Shown here: piece by piece, positions 45,549-59,220 of the stretch | Layout: every line of letters begins with the position of its first letter | Position numbering within the stretch: the stretch's first letter is position 1 | Source of the DNA: the human T2T-CHM13v2.0 reference genome, Homo sapiens | DNA: 64,000 bases | Assembly: GCF_009914755.1 (NCBI RefSeq) | Contig: NC_060927.1 | Reading direction: 5' to 3' (one strand) | Notes under the pieces: generated by a model | Told to the model about the DNA's origin: nothing | The model's database searches: none | Seen by the model: only the letters and a program-made list of their open reading frames with translations | Made by a program: the position numbers and the translations under genes

Positions 45549-46548
45549 CTGCAAAGAGAGCATGAAGAAATAAACTGCCAATTCTGCTGTCTTACCAAGG
45601 GACCCTACAGCAAGGTAGCATCAACTATATCGGCAGCCACCAAGGTCCTCACCCCTGAACATAAAAGAAAAGCATCCACTCTCAAAATTATAACATCATA
45701 TAAACATATTATTTAGATTTTTGTTGAATAACACTTGCTGAATTTGATAAAACTACCTTCTGCTGAATAATGACAGTGGGATTACTATTCTCATGATAGA
45801 CCAGACCCTCTTGATGGAGAAAAGGAAAACAAATGGCGGCTATGGTAACATAGTCACTGACAAGAGCAGACCATGAGGGAAGAGCTAAGAACATTCAGGA
45901 ATTTTTTGACCTTGTAATTATCTGGGGATATGAATGGAAAGTCCATGCTTTTATTAAATGTGGGTAGGTGGGTAGGGGGGCATTGTTTATTCAATATTGA
46001 ATTTCCTTCTTTATATCCTTTGGGAATCTTAATAAATAAGTGAAGTACACCCAAGCCTAGACCAAACTATTCTCCTCTGAAGTTGACTAAATTCTTTGTA
46101 AACGACTAAGGACCTTGGAATTCTCTAACATATAAAATGGTCAAAATCTTATCTGAAGAATTCCAATGAAACCTCTTCACATATTACTGACATATTTGGT
46201 GCTGAATATTTTAAGTATTTAAGAAGTGAGCAATAAAACTGTAGGAAATATAGCAATATATCAAGTTAATGAGTTAAACAGATATTCTCAGTATAATTTT
46301 ATTTGAATCAGAAATATTTATACGTAAATCTTATACATTAATTTCTAAAATTTATGTATAAAATTTTAATTACATAGTTTTGTTAACAAATTAACAAGCT
46401 TTTATATTAAATGGCTGAACTGAAATCCTTTCACTCAAATAAATTATTTCATATAGTGAATGACATTTATCAAATGTGTCGTCGTTGTCTCATTTAAGAA
46501 TAAAGAAAAAGGAAAACTTACTTGAACACCTTTTGTAAGAAACGAATC

Positions 46549-46889
<341 letters not shown>

Positions 46890-46991
46890 TTATACCTTTT
46901 GTCATTGTGTGGAGAGATTTTAAACATTCAAACGTTTTTCATCCCATTAGCAATAATCTGTCAATCATCTTTCCAGATGGTTGTCTATGAC

Positions 46992-47089
46992 CATAAAAAG
47001 GTGCCAACCTACAAAATGGTAACCCTGTTAATATAACCCTATGAATATAACATAAAAAGATGCCAACCTACAAAATGGTAACCCCGTTA
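46992..47089 (+). repeat. 39-bp direct duplication (2 mismatches) with 20-bp spacer
   Basis: CATAAAAAG(G/A)TGCCAACCTACAAAATGGTAACCC(T/C)GTTA at 46992-47030 and 47051-47089. Confidence 0.95.
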
Positions 47090-48221
47090 GATAGTATATA
47101 AGTAATCTCCTATAGCTTCACTCAAAGTCAGCAATTTAACTTATTTATTTTTAAATATGGTGGGCTTACAACCATGTTTTTCTAATGGATAGCCTCTCAC
47201 GCTAAAATCAGGGGATGTGGCTATGTGTCTCTTACTTGTAGTTTTCACTGAAATAAACCTAAGATATCAGAGAGAAGCCTAAAGTAGAGTTACCCTACCT
47301 AAAGCTGCTTGGCCATATTGATAGATTTTTGTCCACCCTATATACTAGGTATAAAATTGAATACATAACAAACTGGCTAAGTAGTGTGGTGGAGTCACTA
47401 TACCACTGGCCAGTGTTATAATAACTCCATAGACAGATTTTTCCATTGAATGGAGTAAACAGAATAAAAAGGGAAATAATCAGATGTTAATATTAAAAGT
47501 GACAATTTCCTTCTGTTGCATGCTTAGGAAATTGGTGGCAATGCACCCCCAGTCTCTCACTATATATGAAATCATTTAACTCTAGCTACACATCCCTTGC
47601 CGATATTTTCTATCTTGAAATAATAAAGAAACAAATAAGAATAATACAGGCTTTCTTTAAGCTTGATGTCTCCTAAATTTCTTTTCTAATTTCCTGGTAG
47701 ATGGTAGGCTCTTTAAGCAAATATATTGTGCCTTTGTACCTTTATAACCCAAGATGGATCCTTGCACATTGTAGTGGCATAGTAATTACTTCTGTGACTG
47801 AATAGAATAATTTCATCACTAACCTTCTTGACAGATTGCAGTATACATGTTGTGCATATTTTTCATACTGACTTTATCTCTTGTAACATTGCTTCAACTC
47901 TAAATTCTCTTGGAAAATAATTTGTAAATGTTCAGTGCCCTTGTAATTAGCCAGCCCTTAGAGTTATTCTACAGACTCTACCACCAAAGAGTATACAGCT
48001 GTCTTATTGTAAATGTATCTTCTTTTTAGTGTGAAGTTCTGAGATAATTCTTTCTTTCTTTCTATATTCCTGCCTACTGACTCTATTTAAATTACTAAAT
48101 ATTTTTAATATTAATATAATAAAAGAATATCCTGCAAAATAATTTTGATTTTCAGGACAATTGCATTGGATATGTCTATATTGTCTGGTTTAAAATACAT
48201 TGTAAAATATGAATCATCACT

Positions 48222-50040
48222 GATATCAATTATCTTTTGTTATAACAAAACACCCTCAAACAGACTCTTAAAAAGTATGCATTGTCCTTAAGTTTCTGTG
48301 GGTTGGGTTATTGTTCACATTTGAACTGGCTCAGCCAAACTTGGCTGAAGTCGCTCAACAAATAAGGTAGGATGGTTTAATTCACTTGTCTGGAAGTTGG
48401 CAAGCTATTGACTGAAACAACCACTGCAAATGGGTTACTTGTCTCTTCCCTTACAACGTACTAGTCAGGAGTTCTTAATATAGCCATTATATGACATTAA
48501 GAACAGAAAACAAGGGCAAGCTCAGTTGTGCAAATACTTAAACAGACTCTACTCGCTTGAGTTTTCTTTTGTTCATCAGCCAAAGAAGTCTGGGAAATTA
48601 TTGTACTGGAATTAGTATGGAAAGGAGCTACCAGAGTCAGTAAAGAAGCAAAATTTCAAAGAGTGTGAATATAAAGAATAGTGAACATAATGCAAAAATC
48701 TACAAAATGCCTCCTGCTTATCCCAATAATTTATGGACCTCTTACAATAGAAAAAAACACATATCGACTCCTAACACCTCCAGATGTCTCTTCTAATTAT
48801 TGTGTCACACACTGAATCCAGAATTTCATGATTTAAAATTGTATGCACATTTGGCTTTTCAGATGTTTTTCCTATCAATTCAGTATGCAAGCAATATACA
48901 TAGATGATATAAGGACAAAGTAATAGTAATACTTACTCCATTTGAAAATGGGAAGAATGGGACATACATGGCAGCCACTTTTCCATAGAAATGTTGAAAT
49001 CCCACCAGCCACACAATTCTCCCTATTCTGGAGTTATGAAATATTTCTTAAGACTATGTTCTATCCTAAAAGCACACAATGTCCATCCAAAATTGTCTAT
49101 GGACTTTTGTGTTATGATCTAAACTCCTTTTTTTCCATAAAAATAAGCCATGTTAGAAGCTATCTTTCTCATCCTGCTTTCTGGCTTCAGCGTGCCAGGT
49201 GCTGAAAGATCCTTGTAATTCAAGCTAGCATTGCTTTCACTAATATAATTTGCTTAAACATTCTCTGGGTTTCCTCTAAACCTGATTTTCTTTACTGCAT
49301 GCATTACTATCCACACCCACAGTTATTTCTGGGGAGGCTTTGGTAAACTGTGGGCATGTTAGATTGCTGTGAGACAATGTTCTTAAGATTCTTAGAAGTC
49401 CTTTTGTCTAGCAGAGAGGAAACTACTGAAGTCATTCAGAAATCTTATCAGTGGTCTCTAGCCATACCTTTTACTTTATTTCGAACCTGACGCTATTTCT
49501 TGCTTCAAGAACTTTTGCAAACTTGAAATCATAGAATTGATAAAAAGTTTTATTTTTTAAATCAGAGAGTTCTGATTAGAGAGAATCCATATTCTCTCTA
49601 AATTATGTATGCAGATTGTAATGTTTTAGTTTAGTTCATCTCTTTCCTGCATATTATTGTAGACAGTTAAAAAAAGAAACAAATGATACTTTCCAATTTC
49701 TACCTGGAAATCATCTGCCAAAGTCCACAAGCTCATTATATGCATTTTTCACACCCCAAGTTACCATAGTTAAGAGTTTTCATCATTTCGTTATCACATA
49801 ATGTAGGTTTCCATTTTCCAGGCTTCTTTAACAATTTCCTTACCACATCAACAGTCAGACATATTGTCTCATCCCAAATTCAAACCGTATACCTAAAATT
49901 TTGTTTATGGCAGCATCTAATCTCTATATTATTTCATCTATTTCTGTAGCAGTTTCACGTATTTCTACATAACAAGCCATCTAGAAACATAGTCTCTTAA
50001 AATAAAAAAAAATTTTGCTCACAATTCTGTGAGTTGACAT
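48222..50040 (-). mobile_element. Ancient MLT1 (MLT1H-like) MaLR provirus: LTR ~48222-48706, internal ~48707-49944, partial second LTR ~49945-50040
   Basis: Both LTR ends share ATAACAA..AAACA..CTCTTAAAA..TTCTGTG.GTTG; MLT1-int-like motifs lie between them. Confidence 0.65.
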
Positions 50041-50256
50041 ATTCATTTTAATTAATTGTGATACACATAAAATTGAAAAACTTAAGAGAAAGTTGTATAT
50101 ATGTGTATATATAATACAATGAATTTGAAAATAGATATCAATTATTAAAGCTCATAATTAGATAACTTGTGAATGAGAATTGAAATTGTAAGATATAGAT
50201 CTACAGGTAATCAAATAGTTGGTACCAGGAAAGTCTTTCAACTAATACAAAACCGC

Positions 50257-50637
50257 TGTTTTTATCAGTAGACTACTATAACAAAGTACCACAGAATGGA
50301 CTGCTTATAAAACAGGAATTATTTTCTCACAGTTCTGAAGGGTGAAAGTCAAAGTTCAAGGTGCCAGCGTGGTCGGATTCTGGTGAGGGCCATCCTTCGG
50401 GTTGCAGATTTCCGTCTTCTCCTTGTATCTCTACACAGCAAGAAAGCTAAGTAATTCTCCAGCCTCTTCTGATCCCATCTGTGAGGCCTCCACCCTATTG
50501 TGAGGCTCTCATCCCACTTGTGAGGGTTCCACCCTGTTGACCTAATTACTTCTCAAATGACCCACCTCTCAAATCTTATCACATTGGAATTACAGTTTCT
50601 ACATATAGATTTATGGAGCTAAACATTCAGTACAAAA
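50257..50637 (-). mobile_element. MLT1A-like solo LTR
   Basis: CTATAACAAAGTACCACAGA..TTTCTCACAGTTCTG..CAAGGTGCCAGC.TGGTCGG.TTCTGGTGAGGGCC. Confidence 0.85.
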
Positions 50638-52229
50638 AACCATACATATAGTTGGTGAGATAAAAATATAAAATTCCATTATTTGACAAAATAATAAGAG
50701 GAAATAGCATGAGAGAAGTGTGGTCTTATAATATGCCATGAATGTATCTATCAATAATTCAGGCATATGAAATAAGAAAGATATGGTTTAAGTTGGAATC
50801 AAATAGAGAGTGCTTTAGTAATACTAGTATTTGTAGTTTAAAAATGCCAACCTTTAACATTAGCTCCAGAACTTGACAAAATCTAGTTCGTGGATGTGGT
50901 CAGGTAGTAAGTATCAGCTTTAGAAATAAGTTTATATTCCATAAAACAAAGAGAACATGACATTTCCTGTTATATGAAGGGAACTTAAAGAGACATGGTT
51001 GTCTTCCAGATGCTTAAGCTATCAACTACATGTTGTATCTTTTGACAAGGAGCGCCAATAATTATCATTGTCTGCTTCCCATATCTTGATTTTTTATGGG
51101 AGGTTTTCTTCTTTCTCTGTACATTATCACATTTAGATAAATCTAAATATGTCCTTTTCTTTTCCTCATGGGATTCATTCTAATATCTGTGTGTCAAGTC
51201 TTTTTTTTTTTTTTCATACTCATTCTCACATTTATGGTGAGGACTTTTGCCTTCCAAGTCAAGTCTGGAGATATTTTGTACCAATGAACACAAATACCTT
51301 CGTAAGTGTCCATTATCATTCACAAACTCAAAACCTCATATTTCTAAGACAGAGTCTACTTACATATTTAAATTATTAAAATGCTCTTTTCTTGAGCACA
51401 ATGATCATTTTACATTTCCCAGGACAATAGGTGAAAAGACTTACATTTGTGTAACTCTCCTTTCCATCCATAGCATCATGAAAACTGCTGGAGTGTCTCT
51501 GCAAGGGTTTCAGAACATCTTAGGTTTATTTTCATTTATTTAGCACTTTTATCACCTACTGCTGAGTTCTATTTCCTCCTATAAAACTCATCAAATCTGA
51601 TCAAATCACATCCTCACTCCCATTTGTTTTCATCAACATGAAATACTGATACCTCCAGTGGGGTACAAGTTGAACTTGAAAAGAATGGGAACATCTATGA
51701 CATTTTCTTTTAGAGTATATTGACAAACCTTCTCTAAGTTATTTCCTCCCAGTCCCAGACATCATAGATTACCTGAGAGAGAAAGAGTGGTATTAACAGC
51801 TGCAGTCTGAGGGAAGTATTCTTATGAAACCAAACAACTGACACTTTCTACATCCCTAGAGATTCTTACCACAAAACTGTTTTGAAGAGGAAAAAATGAC
51901 TGCCAAGCTTCCTGAGGAATTGATACTAGCTATATAATGACCAGAGAAATTCAGAAAATCCCTGTGGATCCACATTAAGTATATGTCCATTAATTTATGT
52001 CCAAATGACTCTCCATTCTACTCTTAGTTTCTTAGCAATTCTAAAGGAGAGAAACTCCATACACTGAGAAATCAATAATCACAGCATCAGTTATTCTACT
52101 ACTTGTAGAAAGGCATCAAAAGTGAGAATAATTAAAACCAACATGAAGTTAGAACACTAATATCCTGTATTTATTCCTTTAATGTTATTTCCTGATACAT
52201 GGTATAATAATATATTTTTACGTCCTCAG

Positions 52230-52368
52230 AGATGACTGAAATTTGAAGGCAGACACTGTGCCTTATTCATACTTTCCCACAGCTTAGTACAGGGTTTGGT
52301 GTGTATTCGATTCTCCCTAATTCTTTCATAGAAAAGTGGTTGGATAAATGAATGAATGATTGAATAGA
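52230..52368 (+). mobile_element. L2 3' terminus
   Basis: TGAAGGCAGACACTGTGCCTTATTCAT..., ends in (TGAA)n. Confidence 0.65.
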
Positions 52369-52824
52369 TATGTTACTCCATAATCATAAAAACATTGAAT
52401 GAAAAACCTGTAATATTATTCAAACAAAAAGATTATAAGGGCTTTACTTTTACAGCTTTGTTTTTTGAAAAAGCCATTACGATTGAACAGAGGAAAAAAA
52501 ATCCTTCTTTAAATGTGATAAAGGTCTCATGCTCTTTGACATTTTGTCTAAGTAATTAAGAATCTTCTAAGAATTTTGAGCAATGTGCCAACATATCATA
52601 TATAGATTGTTTTGTAAATGTCTTTAACAAATCTTCTCTTTTTTAATTAATGAAAAGGAAATCTGTTTATAATAAATTGGAAAGTAATGGTAGTGTGAAA
52701 AAATATCATTGAAACAGAATGTTTATTGGAGAAGGAGCTAGTGGGCCATCTGTGTAATTTAAAGGATTTGTTTAGGAGTGTGAAAAGGTACATTGTGATC
52801 AGACACCAGAGTTTATCCAAAACA

Positions 52825-53260
52825 ACTGTAATATTTAAGGTTATATTCACCTGTGAGTAATAAAAAACAAAATTAGCATAGCAGTGACTTCATCAATGTG
52901 GAAACGTTTTTGTTTGTTTGTTTGTTTGTTTTTGTTTTTGTTTTGTTCTCAAGCAAATAAACCTGAAGGTAGTACAGGACTATTATATTAGGAGCCAGTT
53001 TACTACTCTTGACCTGCTTTACTATACTTTCCATTAATTTACTCCAGATTCAATTTAGCTAATAGAAGGCTGAAGAACACACCACTTCCTGTTAAAACAC
53101 ATCCTGGAAATTACAGAGGTACATTTTCATTCTTTCAATTGGCCAGATCTCAGACATATGACTACAGCTATTTCCAAGTAAGCCTTCAAAATATAATGTT
53201 TATCTCAGATGGTCATGTACTCAGTCAGTTCCAGGGAAAAAAGAAAGAAAACATTATGTG
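52825..53260 (-). mobile_element. MLT1J-like LTR
   Basis: ATTGGCCAGATCTCAGACATATGACTACA..ATGGTCATGTACTCAG. Confidence 0.55.
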
Positions 53261-53391
53261 TATAATTATCAGTTTTGACTCCAAGATGAAATAAATGTAC
53301 AATGTCTATATTTGGTTAAACAGGGTATTTTGAAAGTATCAAGTTCGGACTCAGGTTCTGAGTCTGAACAAACATGAAATGATATATTCAG

Positions 53392-54054
53392 GTATGATGG
53401 TTAATTTTATGTGTCATTTTTGCTAAGACACAGTACATACCTATTTGGTCAAACATAATTTTAGCTGTTACTGTGATGTATTTTTTATTGTTGAGTCTCA
53501 TTTTAAAAATAAAGTTTATTATGTATATTTGAGGTTTACAACATGATGTTATAGGATACATATTGATAGTAAAATATTTACTATAGTGAATCAAATTAAC
53601 ATATCCAGTATCTCACACAGTTATTTGAATGACAACAACAGCTAAAATCTACCTATTTGAGAAAAATATCTGTGAAGTATTTTTTAGGTAAGATTAATAT
53701 TTAAGTCAATAGACTTTTAGTACATATATTAGCCTCCATAATGTGGGTTGGTGGGCCTCATCCAAGTGAAAAGTTTTACTAGAAAAAGACTGACCTCTCC
53801 AGAAGAAGAAGGAATTCATCCACCAGGCTGCCTTCTTACTTGAACTAACACATTATCTCTTCCCTTGGTCCCCAGCCTACCTGCCTCCCCTGAGTATTTT
53901 GAACTTATCAAGATGTACAATCTCATGAGCAACTTACCACGATAAGTTTCCCTTCTCTCTCTCTCCCTCTCTCTCTCTCTGTGCACACACACACACACAC
54001 ACACACTCACACACAAATATATGTATGCGTGTCTCCTATTAGAATCCTAATACA
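53392..54054 (+). mobile_element. MLT2 (ERVL) LTR, interrupted by a short L1MA and containing (CT)n(CA)n
   Basis: TGATGGTTAATTTTATGTGTCA start; CCTCCATAATGTGGG; ends CTAATACA. Confidence 0.85.
53488..53669 (-). mobile_element. Short L1MA 3' end with ~17-bp TSD CTGTGA(T/A)GTATTTTTTA
   Basis: ACAACATGATGTT..AAATTAACATATCCA..TCTCACA.AGTTA; TSD at 53471-53487 / 53670-53686. Confidence 0.85.
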
Positions 54055-54514
54055 TCAGTTTTCTGATAGACATAATGTTATTTAGAGCTTTCTTGGAAGG
54101 AGATGAATAAATCAATATAGAAAGAGAAAGAAATCATGAGAGAAAGAGCATCAATACCATAATCTTTTGTCTCTGTGGTTTAAATACAATAAAGTACATA
54201 ATACATTCCATATCTGGGAATAACTCTATCGTATGTCATATGACATAAAAGTCAACCAGACCTCTAATATTGACTTTTCCCAGGGAGGGCAAAGGAACAG
54301 TGACCAGTGGATTTATAATTATTCCACAGGTAGGTGTTGTAGAAAACGTTTGACTTTAAAAAAATGTGCACATGAATGACGGTGATTTGCTGTGATACCA
54401 AGTTGTCATGGAAATTTTGATATGGCATACTTTAGCCCTCACCTGTCCTTGAGGGGAGAGATTCTGGAAGGAATAGGCTAAAAATTCTCTAAATTTGTAT
54501 TGTGCTATTTTTCA

Positions 54515-54954
54515 TTCATCTATTGATGCATAAGAAATTATCCTAAGACTTAGTTTCTTTAGATGATGATTCTGTGGCTCATGAATTTGACCTAGTCTCA
54601 ACTGGGCAATTTGGATCTGGGTCAAGCTCCACTCTTCTTGATGGTCTTACTACACATCAGGGACCTCACCTTGGAGGACTGAGATGGATAAAAAAGAAGA
54701 GATAACTGTCGCAACCAAGGCCTCTCCCTGTGTGGTTTCTCATATACCAGATTATCCAGGTTTCTTCGTATGACAATGGCAGGGTTTCAAGGGCCTCTAG
54801 AGTGAAAGCATGCAAGGCCCCTGAGTCCTGGACTCTGAACTTACACTTTTGTAACACATCACAAAAAGAGTCAAGACTCAATGGATAAATAAATAACATC
54901 TACTTTTGATGAAAAAAGTGCAAATTATTTTGACCACTCTTTCAGTGTGTCACA
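54515..54954 (-). mobile_element. MLT1H-like solo LTR
   Basis: ATCTATTGATGCATAA..TGATTCTGTGG..CTCAACTGGGCA..TCTACTTTTGATG. Confidence 0.65.
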
Positions 54955-56984
54955 TGGGAGCTCTAATTCTAGCACTTAGAGATATTATTTATGACAACGA
55001 TTAACACCAAGCTGGTGACATATGATGTTATTTAAATTCAGTTAATGGTAATGATAACCCACTTTAAAAATATACCTGCATTTTAATGCATTTCTTAGAG
55101 AAAGCTAGTTGAAACTTTTTAGTACTTACTAGCAGATTGACCAGCATGATTTAAATTTACATACTAAAAAATGGACTTGTTGACAAAAATAACTTGTTCC
55201 AAATAATATATGACTGTCAAAAACAATGCTGCCTATATAATACCAAAGTCTCATTTTTGTTGACTTAAAGAAGTTTCACCTTGGATGGCTGAATAATTAT
55301 GCATGTCCTCAGAAACAGTATCTGCGATTGGGTGCAACACATTTATTGCTCTCTAGGTAAAACTATTTGTTTAGCAAAGCAAAAAAAGTTGGCAATCAAG
55401 AGACTTTTCCACTAAATGCATTGAATATTTAATGGCCTTATTATCTCCTCTTTGCTTAGCTTCTGTTGTTATATTGCCATTTCAGAAAGCAGAAAATAGG
55501 TCACAAGAGTTCTACTGGCTCGATGCTTATGGTGACAGGGTGGTCCTTGAGTGACTTTTCCCAGTTGCTCTCCCATCAGTGTCCTTAATTCAGCCACAGA
55601 CTATAGGACATGGTTGTAAGGGCTGTAGAACTTGTTTGATTTTATGGAAGACATATTTTTACTGTAGCCTTTCCATGAACCGGTCCCCAGTCCTCCAATC
55701 CACCATCACTATCGGTATTCTCTGTGACTACTACAAATACTTTTATAGGTCGCAAGCCAAATTCATCATGCTTATATTTTTCTGAGTGAAATCTTATTGA
55801 TTTAATTCTATATTCTCCCATTACTTCCTTGATGGCGTATACTATGTACATTACAGTATTTATTATATATCACAGGATTTTTAGAATATAAAATATTTAA
55901 AGACATAAGTATTCAAAAAGTGAATAATGATTACATAATAATTATGTAAATGCATTCTGCATTCTGACAATGAAGTACATTTGTATGAAGTATGTATCTT
56001 ATATTATAAGGTTATAACAAATAAAAATAATTTTTACTCTAAAATTTGTTTAAAAAATACCGAAATATATTTTACATACAAAACTGAAAAGAAAAATTTA
56101 TATGAATGCATTAAAATATGAAGGTTTTTTTACTTCAAATTTTCTGAATTTTTTTACTCAGTATATAAAACATACAATGTTGATATTGGATAGAACATAT
56201 TATTTTTGGCAGATTATATTTTCCTGTATATTATATATTTAGAGAAGACATTCTTACATCATAACTTTCTATAATCAAGAATAAGTAGTTTATTTCCCTT
56301 CATCATTACCAAATGGGCTTAGTGTCTGTATGTAAAGACAAAGGGCTTTCACAAACTAGCATAGATGCCTTTCCACTGGCTTTTTTTTTTTATGTTGTTG
56401 CTCCACTTCTACCCTCTTCCATGCTAAGAGCTACTTAGTCGTTGCTTGGTGTGAAGCAGACGTTTGTAGTTAGTAGTCACAGTCCTGGTTGCCTTCCTAA
56501 AGCCTGAGTTCCTTTAGAGTAACATAAAAGTAATAATTTCTCTGCAAGGTTATTAAGAATTTTGGGGTGGAAGGATAACTTTAACATTCTAAGAGTCCTT
56601 ATGTTTGATTTTCAAGAAGATATTAATTAAAATAGAGAAATATCTTAAAAATAATTGCAGCTTTAGTTGAAAACTAGGAAGGGAAAGAAAAACTGTAGAC
56701 CAGAAATACAGAATTTCCCGCTAAAAGACATACACGCAATAACAGCAAATATCAAAAACTGAGATCTGGCTTGTAAGTAGACTGCTAAAATAAGGCCAGA
56801 GAAAGGAGCCACAACTGCATTGTGGAAGGCCAGATTCAGGTTTGCTGAACAGATAGCTGTGTCACTACATCCCCTACTCATAAAATCCAGCATTTAAGAC
56901 TGGAAACAAGCCCATGGCTGACAGCAAAAAAATAAAGTGACTCTGGGATCTGACTGCCAATATAATTGTTGAGAATAACTTGCC

Positions 56985-57480
56985 TATAGCGATCAAAAAT
57001 GAAAATCTTGGAGTTACAGTTGATGCCTTCTCTCATATCCAATACCCAGATCATGAGTGAATCCTGTATATTCTACCTTCAAAATGTATTTAAAATCCAA
57101 TGAATTCTCACTATTCCAAATTACAACCTTAAGCCAAGCCATGATAACCTCTTAATATAATTTTGGGAGCAGCTCCTCAATGGTGTTTCTACTTCATCCT
57201 TATTTCAAACAGTCTATTCTCCACGTATAACCCAGAATCATGATTTTAAAACAAGTCAGCTCGCCAAACTCTATAGAACTGACCAAAGGCTCACTGCCCT
57301 ACAAAGGAAGGGCTGGATTCTTTTTAATTACCTTAAAATAATTGAAGTGGTTTACCCCTCCTATTCATCTGCCTCCCCAATTACACCTGCTACACCTGCT
57401 GTTATACTCACATCACTCACTTTATTCTAGCCATACTGGGCTTCTTGCTATTTCATGAAGTATGTTTCTCACTCCAAGGT
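56985..57480 (+). mobile_element. L2a fragment
   Basis: AAAATCTTGGAGT..TCTACCTTCAAAATGTAT..CCAAGCCA..CAGTCTATTCTCCAC..CTAGCCATACTGG. Confidence 0.75.
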
Positions 57481-57656
57481 AGAATATAGAAAATGTATAA
57501 TAAGCTTTTGAACATTGATAGATGATTTTTGGGACCTTATGATTTAGCCCATGTCTTTTGGATCTATGATAAAAGAGTTTATTAGAAAAATCTTTTCTAA
57601 ATACACTGGTAAGCTACACTATGTATAGTTTCATATATATATATACATATATATAT

Positions 57657-57786
57657 ATTTCTGAGCTCTCTGTTTCTTACACTATACTTATGTCTTATAC
57701 TATATATATACTATACATATATGTATATATGTACTATATATATATATACACATATATATACTATAAGAAACAGAGAGCTCAGTAAT
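57657..57786. repeat. 23-bp inverted repeat (1 mismatch) around an 84-nt TA-rich spacer
   Basis: ATTTCTGAGCTCTCTGTTTCTTA (57657-57679) vs TAAGAAACAGAGAGCTCAGTAAT (57764-57786). Confidence 0.92.
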
Positions 57787-58390
57787 GAATCCACACATCT
57801 GTAGCCAACTGATCTTTGGCTAAGGCATCAGCAATGTACCATGGGGAAAAGACAGTCTCTCCAATAAATGGTGTTGGAAAAATGAGATATTCACATGCAG
57901 AAGAATAAAATTGGATCTTTATCTCAGCCCATATCCAAAACCATCTCAAAATGAATGAAAGCCTTGAATGTAAGACTTGAAACTGTAAGACGACTAAAAG
58001 AAAATATAGGAAACAAATTCCTAGACAGGTTTAGCAAACGATTTTTGGGATATGACCCCGAAAAGCATAGTCAACAAAAGCATAAACAGACAAGTAAGAT
58101 TATATCAAATTAAAATATTCTTTTTGCATAGCAAAGAAACAAACAGGGTGAACAGACAACCTATAGAATGGGAGAAAATATTTGCAAAGCAAAAAATATG
58201 CTAAGTGGCTAATATCCAGAACATAAAAAGAACTCAAGCAACTCAATAATGAAAAAACAAATAATCTCTTTTAAAAATGGGCAAAATACCTGAATTGACA
58301 TTTCTCAAAAGAAGACATACAATAGCCAAAAGCTATATGAAAAAATGCTCAACATCACTAAATATCAGAGCAAAGCAAACTGAAACCACA
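57767..58390 (+). mobile_element. L1MA/L1PB ORF2 fragment
   Basis: AATCCACACATCT..AGCCAACTGATCTTTG, GACAGTCTCT.CAATAAATGGTG.TGG and GACATTTCTCAAAAGAAGACATAC. Confidence 0.88.
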
Positions 58391-58415
58391 AGCTTATAAA
58401 CATTTGCCATTATTA

Positions 58416-58919
<504 letters not shown>

Positions 58920-59049
58920 TTAAAAAATAGTTAAGCACATCAAAATCCTGGTGCATGTATTTCAATATTAGCTTTACAAAGAACAGGTTAAAACTTAATG
59001 CTTGCAGTTAAAAATATATAAATACATTTCAGTTACATAGTATTTAATG

Positions 59050-59220
59050 ATAGTGGTTGAAATTGCAGATTGAAATTAAATTCCATCTCTGTTATTTTCC
59101 TATTGTTAGAAACTGGTTAAGTCACCTAAAGGAGTTTTGAGACAGGTTGAGGGAATATATTAAAATATCTTAACAGTGCTTGGCACAGCTTAAGCATTTT
59201 CAGAAGTTAAGTATTGCTGT
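59050..59220 (+). mobile_element. MIR fragment
   Basis: AAGTCACCTAA..CTTAACAGTGCTTGGCACAG.TTAAGCA. Confidence 0.5.

Noticed and set aside
46992-47089. Repeat-spacer-repeat resembling a CRISPR unit
   Set aside because: Only two copies, the spacer derives from local sequence, the context is eukaryotic and there are no cas genes
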